A DNA stretch of 64,000 nt from assembly GCA_965248535.1 (NCBI GenBank), contig CBDFJR010000005.1, positions 1,184,001-1,248,000 of the forward strand. The letters run 5' to 3'. Below the pieces are notes generated by a model, which saw nothing but the letters and a program-made list of their open reading frames with translations, had not been told where the DNA came from and searched no databases. Every line of letters starts with the position of its first letter. Within the stretch, counting starts at the first letter, position 1. The DNA comes from Phormidesmis sp. Lineage in GTDB: Bacteria; Cyanobacteriota; Cyanobacteriia; Leptolyngbyales; Leptolyngbyaceae. Positions 49,577 to 56,687 of the stretch are shown here, piece after piece. A program made the translations under genes and the position numbers.

Positions 49577-49612
49577 GTTCTTTTCAACTTCTTGACGTTT
49601 GTTCGATACATT
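49577..49612 (+). promoter_or_regulatory. Regulon box 9 plus -10
   Basis: GTTCTTTTCAACTTCTTGAC-N10-TACATT. Confidence 0.75.
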
Positions 49613-49768
49613 ACGATTGTTCTCTCAATTCACCCTACAAAATGCAAAACCTGATCCACTTCTGGGTTCGCCTAGTCAATCCACAACTTGCAACACTCAT
49701 TGCAGCCGTTGGAACGATCTGTCTACTGAGTTGTTTAGTGATCCTACTGAGCTTGAGTTGGCTGTTTC

Positions 49769-50830
49769 CTAAGTACAGGACAAAAGTTTTAGAACTTGGA
49801 CAAACTGCGCTTGACGAGTATCGAGGTTGAGTAAAATCTGGCGGAGGTGATCTAACCCGGTACGAAAGATGCTCCTGGCGTTGCGTCCATGCTTTTTGAT
49901 TTGAATGGGCTGATGTTCCCCGACCCATTCCCCGACTCGATGTGCCCAGCAGAACGCCAAGGTCAAGAGAGCGATGAGCTTCTTGAGTCGTTCCGGGTCT
50001 CTGATTTGGGTTGCCTCCAGACAAAAGCCACGGGTTTTCAAGCAGCCAAACAAGGTTTCGATGCCCCAACGCAGAGCATAGTCAGCAATGGCAGTGGAGG
50101 GTTCATGGTTCGTGGCAACCACCAGCAACGACCCGTCTTCGAGTCGTAATCCTGCCAAGTAAAGCCAATGCCCCCAAAGCCGTCGTTTGCGTGACAGCAC
50201 CTTGGATTGATGAGGCTGCAAATCTTGAAACACAATCGTGGTTTTAAGCGATTGCTGCCCATCAAACAGGAACTCCGACTCGCGAATGCGGATGCGAAAG
50301 CGAGTCACAGGCTCTGCCATTAGCAAGGCAAACCATTGGGTGCCGATAAACTCCCGGTCTGCGGTCAAAAAAGCGATGTCTTCAGGTGCAAAGACGCACA
50401 GAAACTCGACCCACTGATCAAAGCGCTCTTGCGTGTTCGAGTTACCCCGCTTGTCTAATAGATGCCAAAACAGAGGAAACGCTACCCCTTGATGCACGAC
50501 CCCTAACATCAGAATGTTGATGGTCACTGACCCAAACTCCCAGGTGGTGCGGTTCACACTTAAGACCCACGGCTTCGGAATCCCCACCATCGTCACGACC
50601 AACTGGGCGATCTGGTCGTAGTTAATCTCAAACGAGCGCAGAAATCGTTGGATGCGTTTGTCATTCGACTCGGCTTTTGCACGTCCCGCAAATCCAGTTG
50701 CCACCTCTGCCAGGTTCACCGTCTTGACCCGGAACAGGGCAACCAGAAACAAGGACAGAAAGGTAACTCTTGCTCCATGCCAGCCGAGCAGAGGCTGCAA
50801 TGTTTGCCGTAATTGAGTAATCCGATTCAT
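49769..50830 (-). CDS. IS4-family transposase (first catalytic Asp apparently Asn)
   Basis: WVLSVNRT (D expected), LTADREF, YALRWGIETLF. Confidence 0.88.
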   Translation of the reverse strand: MNRITQLRQTLQPLLGWHGARVTFLSLFLVALFRVKTVNLAEVATGFAGRAKAESNDKRIQRFLRSFEINYDQIAQLVVTMVGIPKPWVLSVNRTTWEFGSVTINILMLGVVHQGVAFPLFWHLLDKRGNSNTQERFDQWVEFLCVFAPEDIAFLTADREFIGTQWFALLMAEPVTRFRIRIRESEFLFDGQQSLKTTIVFQDLQPHQSKVLSRKRRLWGHWLYLAGLRLEDGSLLVVATNHEPSTAIADYALRWGIETLFGCLKTRGFCLEATQIRDPERLKKLIALLTLAFCWAHRVGEWVGEHQPIQIKKHGRNARSIFRTGLDHLRQILLNLDTRQAQFVQVLKLLSCT

Positions 50831-50909
50831 AGGGTTTCATCCTGCAAACTCACTATTTGCATGAAACCCTTTCCTACCCTCTTTTAGCAAGCTTTTGTCT
50901 TGTACTTAG
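49769..50909 (-). mobile_element. IS4-family insertion sequence with 9-bp target duplication
   Basis: IRs CTAAGTACAGGACAAAAG and CTTTTGTCTTGTACTTAG; GGCTGTTTC at 49760-49768 and 50910-50918. Confidence 0.92.
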
Positions 50910-51049
50910 GGCTGTTTCAGGAAGTTCTAGAGAAGGAAGCATTCAAATTCGATACAACAGTGTTGCTGAGTGCTGAGTGCTGAGTGTGCATCAGTGGGCA
51001 AATCCCATTCTTGATCAAGTAATGTTGAGCTTAACTCAGCCTCTAATTC

Positions 51050-51208
51050 TTCCCGAACGATGTTCTGGAACGAACGGGGTATGAGACATTCTCTGCTGGA
51101 ATCACAAAATCTGGTACCTACATATTAGGACTTGGCGTTGTGAATGTTGGCGACCCACTATATGATTCTGCTGTGTTGCTAGACAACTTTAAACCTGTCT
51201 CTGCATAG
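51050..51208 (+). pseudogene. C-terminal fragment of a beta-rich, probably secreted protein
   Basis: RTGYETFSAGITKSGTYILGLGVVNVGDPLYDSAVLLDNFKPVSA* with no start. Confidence 0.4.
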
Positions 51209-51397
51209 GCGATAGTCTTGTAGCTACTGTTGAAAATACTAGCTTTAACGCAGATGTTACTTTCCTAACGCTTGCGTTAAATCTGGTTTTCGATTTCCCT
51301 TAAACGTTCTGATCTCGTTCTATGGGTATACAGTAATTTCATTCTAGTTTCATGTGGATGTCGGAAGCTGATATAAGTGGCGATCGTTTTCTCTAGA

Positions 51398-51633
51398 ATG
51401 GACAGACTTAATACGATAAATTTTGACTATGACTTAATTGTGATTGGAGCGGGTCCAGGCGGTCTAGCTGCATCAGAACGAGCCGCCAGCTATAGCGCTA
51501 AGGTCGCTATCGTCGAACGCGATCAAGTTGGTGGCACTTGTGTAGTTCACGGCTGTATTTCTGAAAAATTGATGACTTATGCCGCCAGCTTTCTGCAATT
51601 TTTCCAAAACGCCGACGAGTATGGATGGGGTAA
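51398..51633 (+). pseudogene. gor: 5' fragment of a glutathione-reductase-like flavoprotein, truncated by an IS
   Basis: YDLIVIGAGPGG and GGTCVVHGC; ends at the IS terminal IR. Confidence 0.75.
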
Positions 51634-52898
51634 CTCACATCTTGCAGCAGTCTCAACAAGCTAAGGGGAGGGGCTTGACAAGGATTTCAAACCCTAGGTC
51701 ATCCGCAAGTTTCCGGTGCTTTTGAATCTGATGCAATAGCTTCATCCATAGGACTTGAGGCAAAAGTTCTGCAATTGCTTGGGCACTGACTTCACCCCAA
51801 TCAAGCGGTGCCCAGGTGGGGAACGTTCGAGAGACCCAATGGGCAAGCAGGTAAGCAATGAGGGATAACAGCAACCAACGGTAAATGCCCAGTCGAGTCT
51901 TCTGTCCAAAGCAATGCAAACCAAAGCGATGTTTGATGGTTTTGAAGAAGCCCTCAATGGCCCACCGTTGTCGTCCTAACCGCACGAGGTAGGTTCCAGA
52001 ATAGGGATAGGTGGAGACGACAAAGCGCAATTCCCGCTTGCCATCACTGCGCTTGAGCCAAAACCAGGAAACGGTCAACGGCACCTCGATGCCCGCTAAT
52101 CGCACCTGCTGTCCCCGTTTTGATTGACGGTAAAGCGATTTGAGGGGTTTGCCCGTGTCCATTAGACGAGTGCAGCGCATTCCCACGACCGCTCGCCAGT
52201 GCCGTTTTCGCACCGCCGTGAGAAACTCCACGGTGCCAAACTCGGTATCTGCCAGAACGACGACAGGGAAACGTTTCGTGAGGGTCTGGGGCACACGAGC
52301 GAGGAGTTTACACGCGAGTTGAGGGTGACTCGCAGCACCCTTGCCATGCCAGATACAGAAACTCCAAGGCACCTGCCACGAACCCAGCACTAAGTAGAGC
52401 ACGACAATGTGGAGTCCTCGCTTGCCGTTGAGCACTCGCACCCACGGATTGGGCATTGCCTCATCCTCAGTCGGGTCACTCAGATGACGAAACTTGCCGC
52501 ACTTCTCTAAGGTGGTCAAATCAATCAGAACTTTCAGTGGACTTCCAGAGCGCGGGAGATGCTGTTTCATCTGCTGCAACACCTGCTGGCGAGTCGTTCG
52601 CAGTACGCCGCGGGTTGACCCCTCATACTGATTGAGAAAGCGACTCAACGCGCTAGCAGATTTCGTCTGGCACTGTTGCGGCAACGGATGCCCTTGCGCC
52701 TCTAAAAACAATCCTAAAAGAGAACTGAGACTGGCGTGCTGATAGGAGCTAGGCATCAGATGAAGGAGGGCGTACACTAGTCCTTGGGCGTGTTTCAAGA
52801 TGGTTTCCATAACCGTCCTATTCAACTATTTCTACGCCCTTTCTTACAAACTTTCAGCCGTTTGGCAACCCCTTGTTGAGAATGGTGCAAGATCTGAG
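51634..52898 (-). mobile_element. DDE insertion sequence (IS701/IS4-like), no target duplication
   Basis: IRs CTCACATCTTGCA and TGCAAGATCTGAG; different truncated genes on each flank. Confidence 0.85.
51653..52825 (-). CDS. DDE transposase, apparently intact
   Basis: VLIDLTTLEK, VLADTEFG, RWAIEGFFK. Confidence 0.88.
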   Translation of the reverse strand: MNRTVMETILKHAQGLVYALLHLMPSSYQHASLSSLLGLFLEAQGHPLPQQCQTKSASALSRFLNQYEGSTRGVLRTTRQQVLQQMKQHLPRSGSPLKVLIDLTTLEKCGKFRHLSDPTEDEAMPNPWVRVLNGKRGLHIVVLYLVLGSWQVPWSFCIWHGKGAASHPQLACKLLARVPQTLTKRFPVVVLADTEFGTVEFLTAVRKRHWRAVVGMRCTRLMDTGKPLKSLYRQSKRGQQVRLAGIEVPLTVSWFWLKRSDGKRELRFVVSTYPYSGTYLVRLGRQRWAIEGFFKTIKHRFGLHCFGQKTRLGIYRWLLLSLIAYLLAHWVSRTFPTWAPLDWGEVSAQAIAELLPQVLWMKLLHQIQKHRKLADDLGFEILVKPLPLAC

Positions 52899-53448
52899 CT
52901 TACCTAAAATAGATGGGATAGAGGTCTGCACTCGCATTCGCCAGAGCAAATCTGTCAGAAAAGATCCCTACATTATTATGTTGACGGCTAAAGGTGCTGA
53001 AGTCGATCGCATTGTGGGCTATTCCACGGGAGCGGATGACTACATTACAAAGCCTTTCAGTCCTCAAGAATTAGTGGTGCGTTTACGGGCAGTGTTGCGA
53101 CGCACGATGCGCCATCAGGGAGAGCAAACCACGATCGGAACTCGGCACTTTATTATTGACCAAGAAAAACGGGAAGTGATGGTGCAGAAAACAGATGATG
53201 GTGAGATTGAAGCTGTGAGACTCACAACTGTTGAATTTGATCTTCTAGCACTGATGGCATCTCGCCCGAAGCGGGTGTGGAGCCGTTCTGAGTTGCTAGA
53301 TGCGGTGCGAGAAAATGACTTTATTGGCGATGAGCGATCGATTGACACTTACATTGGACGATTGCGACGCAAGATTAATCCAGATGATCAGCGAGATCGC
53401 TTTATTCGCACTCATACGGGCATTGGATATAGCTTTGAAGACGATTAA
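52899..53448 (+). pseudogene. OmpR-family response regulator lacking its N-terminus
   Basis: Resumes at LPKIDGIEVC right after the IS; GADDYITKPF and winged helix present. Confidence 0.82.
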
Positions 53449-53456
53449 AAGACATC

Positions 53457-54578
53457 ATGAGCCTTCGCCTAAGACTATTTCTGACTAATGTGCTTGTGTT
53501 AGTATCAGCCCTCCTTTGCGCTGCGACTGTTGCTTATGGCTACAAGTCGCAGCAATTTCCGGCTCGACTAGCCAATTTAGAAAGACGGTACAAACAATCA
53601 ACGTCATCAGAGCAAAAGTTAGCAAATCAAGATTCATACAATGACATTGTTGACATCTTTTATCGAGTCAACGATCGAGGGACATTGCTGGCTTTTGCTG
53701 CTAGTTTACTAACAGTGAGTTTGCTGAGTTTATCGCTAACGCATTCGATTTTGAAGCCATTGAGGAAGATTGAACGAGTCGCGAAACAATTTAGTGAGGG
53801 GGATTTAGATGCTCGCATCCCGCCCAGCCAGATTTCAGAAATTCGTCAGCTTGAATTGACGTTGAACAGTGTGGCGGATCGATTGCAAGGCGTTGAGGAG
53901 CGTCGTCAGGAATTAGTGGGGGATTTGGCGCATGAAATGGGGACTCCTCTGACCGTGATTCGAGGCTATTTGGAACTATTAGATTCTTCAGACGGATTCG
54001 AGCTAACGCTGGACATCAAGCGACAGCTCCATGAAGAAGCAGAGCGAATGACACGATTATTAGCAGATCTAAGAATTCTTTCGAGCATTGAGTCAGGAGG
54101 TTTACCACTACGATTGGAATCATTTCCTCCCTCCCCAGTCATTAAGACTGTTGTTGCTGGTTTCTGTAGCCGAGGATGGATCAGCGACTGTGTTCTAGAA
54201 CTATCGGGTGCTGAAAATTTACCTCATATTTTTGCGGACTGCGATCGCTTCAAGCAAATCCTCACGAACCTCATTAATAACGCATTGGCGTACACCCCTA
54301 AAGGCACTGTGACGGTTCAAACTTGGGCAGAACGAGAAAAGCTTTGGGTGATGGTGAAAGACACAGGAATCGGCATTTCTGCTGAAGATCTACCTTCTGT
54401 ATTTCAACGCTTTTGGCGCTCTGATGACTCTCGACATTTGCGCCAGGATGGAAGTGGCATTGGGCTTGCAATCACAGAACGATTGGTCAGAGTAATGGGA
54501 GGACGAATTGAGGTTGAGAGCGAACTGGGTCGAGGGTCAGCGTTCAGATTTTGTTTACCAATCGATACGCCAAGCTAG
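53457..54578 (+). CDS. HAMP sensor histidine kinase (BaeS-like)
   Basis: Two TM helices, HAMP, DLAHEMGTPL, DTGIGI, GSGIGLAI. Confidence 0.92.
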   Translation: MSLRLRLFLTNVLVLVSALLCAATVAYGYKSQQFPARLANLERRYKQSTSSEQKLANQDSYNDIVDIFYRVNDRGTLLAFAASLLTVSLLSLSLTHSILKPLRKIERVAKQFSEGDLDARIPPSQISEIRQLELTLNSVADRLQGVEERRQELVGDLAHEMGTPLTVIRGYLELLDSSDGFELTLDIKRQLHEEAERMTRLLADLRILSSIESGGLPLRLESFPPSPVIKTVVAGFCSRGWISDCVLELSGAENLPHIFADCDRFKQILTNLINNALAYTPKGTVTVQTWAEREKLWVMVKDTGIGISAEDLPSVFQRFWRSDDSRHLRQDGSGIGLAITERLVRVMGGRIEVESELGRGSAFRFCLPIDTPS

Positions 54579-55570
54579 AATCCCCTTAACAAGTAGCGAG
54601 TTAGGTCTGCACCAACACGGCGTTCATCTTCAGGCTCAGGGGGAAGGTTCCAGCGGATCGATTGATAGAGCAAGTGGCGATAGAGGTCAAATGCAGCTTC
54701 GATTAGTTCACTATAGGTTCTGGCAGCATCGATCGCCCACTGATAGGCGAACCAAGCAGAGCAAATCCCTAACAGCAACGACCACGTTGCCCAAAGGTTC
54801 CAACCGAGAAATGTCCAGCCGCAGAAAAGGAGGCTCCACAGCCAAGCACGGGCAGCAGTATTGAGGTCGGCGCGAGCTTCCTGGAGGTCTTTTTTGACTG
54901 CATCGGGAAGCAGCATCCAGAGCCGCGACCAACAGACGATCGCATCGAGTCCATATTTTTCTAAAGGTTTTCGTTCGGCAGCACGTAATAGATTGCCGAG
55001 TCGTGTAGGCATGAGGTCGGTGCTGGTGTTTGGCATTTCTCTGAGGAATTGCCCCAGACGAATCAGGGTTCCTTGTTCGTCTAGGGTCAGCAGTTGTTCG
55101 CAAAGTTGAAGATAGAGATCGCGCTCCCTGACACTGAGTTTTTCACCTCCTTGGCTCTGTTTCAGATGTTCGAGCGCAGCAAATTCTTGTTTCCGTTGTT
55201 CTTCGGTTGCCCTCAGTTCTTGACGCTGTTGGACGAGTCGTTTCCAACGAGCGCGGTAGTGTCGAACGCGTTGTTGACGGAAGCAATGGAGCCACGGGTG
55301 CCAATAGCCCTCTAGAAACCGCAATGTGGCTAGATCAAATCGCTGCATGACAAAAGCAGAAGCGGCAATGATACACAGGCATCCTACCAAAATGGCAATT
55401 TGTAAGGGTTCAGGATGACGAGTGAATTCAGTAACAAGCGTCTGCCAGCCATACCGCTGAATTGCTGTGGCAAAACCGCCAAGCCAGAAGACAAAAGCAG
55501 GGGTGAGTAAGGTAGCAACCCACTGTTCAGCAAATTTGCCGCCGAAGCTTTCGAGGACTTTTGCAGTCAT
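54575..55570 (-). CDS. Uncharacterised 4-TM protein with central coiled coil and PTRLGN motif
   Basis: Two N-terminal and two C-terminal hydrophobic helices; LMPTRLGNLLRAAE..YGLD..WSRL; AAFDLYR. Confidence 0.8.
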   Translation of the reverse strand: MTAKVLESFGGKFAEQWVATLLTPAFVFWLGGFATAIQRYGWQTLVTEFTRHPEPLQIAILVGCLCIIAASAFVMQRFDLATLRFLEGYWHPWLHCFRQQRVRHYRARWKRLVQQRQELRATEEQRKQEFAALEHLKQSQGGEKLSVRERDLYLQLCEQLLTLDEQGTLIRLGQFLREMPNTSTDLMPTRLGNLLRAAERKPLEKYGLDAIVCWSRLWMLLPDAVKKDLQEARADLNTAARAWLWSLLFCGWTFLGWNLWATWSLLLGICSAWFAYQWAIDAARTYSELIEAAFDLYRHLLYQSIRWNLPPEPEDERRVGADLTRYLLRGF

Positions 55571-55579
55571 GGATGCACC

Positions 55580-55966
55580 TTACGATTGAGCGGGCATGAG
55601 GGGAACTAAGTGGGTGGGACACAACGGAATTGCGCTGGTATCTTCTCGATACCAAGTGTGGGCGCACCGAGGGCAGCCATATTTGACTGCGGGTTGTGGA
55701 GAGGAGTCTCCTGGTAAGCCCAAGAAAGAGCGGGTAATATCTGCTTGAGCTTCCCCCTGGAGAAAGCGCTGTATCCATTGCCGTGTCGTGTCTGACTGGC
55801 GCAAGAGAGCGCTTAGTTGAGTAGGTTGAGCTTGATTCTCATCAATTTGAGCAAGGAGGGTGCGGATCTGCCGATCGTACTCTGCGGCGCTCTCAGGAGA
55901 AAGAAGGACGGGAAGTTCAGGGAGAATGGCTTGGGCAGCAGCAATGATTTGGTCGGGTGTTGGCAT
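55580..55966 (-). CDS. Small uncharacterised protein with C-terminal CxxC...CPTH (possible Zn ribbon)
   Basis: Helical N-terminus, LPGD linker, YGCPRCAHTWYR...PLCPTH; 9 bp before the next gene. Confidence 0.8.
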   Translation of the reverse strand: MPTPDQIIAAAQAILPELPVLLSPESAAEYDRQIRTLLAQIDENQAQPTQLSALLRQSDTTRQWIQRFLQGEAQADITRSFLGLPGDSSPQPAVKYGCPRCAHTWYREDTSAIPLCPTHLVPLMPAQS

Positions 55967-56017
55967 AGGAGGAATTCAGATTGAGAGTAGGCGGTTCAGA
56001 TGGGTAGACAGACGACT

Positions 56018-56383
56018 TTATGAGTCTTTAGAGTTCTCTTGCGTGATTGATAGAAGAATGAATTCGAGCTGGGTTGCGATCGGTGAAAGTTCTTGAACTG
56101 CTTGCCAAACGGTCGTAATGTCGATGTTCATGTAGTTATGAATGAGGATGTCACGAAATCCAGCCATCCGTCGCCAAGGAATTTCTGGATATTGTTGGCG
56201 GAGTTCGGCGGAAAGGCGTTTGGTCGCTTCGCCGATGATTTCAAAATTGCGAATCACAGCATCTTGGAGCAACTGAGACTGAAGGAACGCGGCTTGTCCA
56301 GATTGGGTGTAGGTTTCGATAGTATGAATGCAGCGCAAAATGTCACTGAGAAAAACCGGGTCGTCTTGGGCTGGCTGTCTCAT
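56018..56383 (-). CDS. hepT: HEPN (DUF86) ribonuclease toxin
   Basis: DAVIRNFEIIGEA and RX4HXY motif RDILIHNY. Confidence 0.9.
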   Translation of the reverse strand: MRQPAQDDPVFLSDILRCIHTIETYTQSGQAAFLQSQLLQDAVIRNFEIIGEATKRLSAELRQQYPEIPWRRMAGFRDILIHNYMNIDITTVWQAVQELSPIATQLEFILLSITQENSKDS

Positions 56384-56670
56384 AGAGGAATAGCTTCACT
56401 CAGGATGCGATCGCGGCAAAATTCTCGAATCCGATCGGCAGGAACGAGGTCTACTTTCCGTCCCAAGAGATCTTCGAGGTCTTGAATTAATCCGATGTGG
56501 TCGAAAAGGCTCCACTGACGTTGGACATCAACGAGAAAATCCACGTCACTATCGGGGCGTTCGTTTCCACGAGCGACTGAGCCGAAAAGACGCACGTTTA
56601 CAGCATCGTACTGAGCGGCAAGAGTCAGAATTTCGTCTCGTTTGCTGAGGATCAGGTCGCGGAGAGCCAT
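56380..56670 (-). CDS. mntA: Minimal nucleotidyltransferase antitoxin
   Basis: FGSVARG...SDVDFLV, LGRKVDLV; 4-bp overlap with the HEPN gene. Confidence 0.9.
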   Translation of the reverse strand: MALRDLILSKRDEILTLAAQYDAVNVRLFGSVARGNERPDSDVDFLVDVQRQWSLFDHIGLIQDLEDLLGRKVDLVPADRIREFCRDRILSEAIPL

Positions 56671-56687
56671 AGGAGTTGGGAGAGATT

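Larger units (their letters stand above)
49642..51040 (+). pseudogene. PAP2-family phosphatase-like gene split by IS4, frameshifted and 3'-truncated
   Basis: Removing the IS joins ...LSWLF|QEVLEKEAFKFDTTVLLS; after two extra GCTGAGT units it reads VHQWANPILDQVMLSLTQ. Confidence 0.65.

Noticed and set aside
33634..49612. The 20-bp repeats as a CRISPR array or recombination sites
   Set aside because: Dispersed over 16 kb on both strands with no regular spacers or cas genes; fixed spacing to -10 fits promoters
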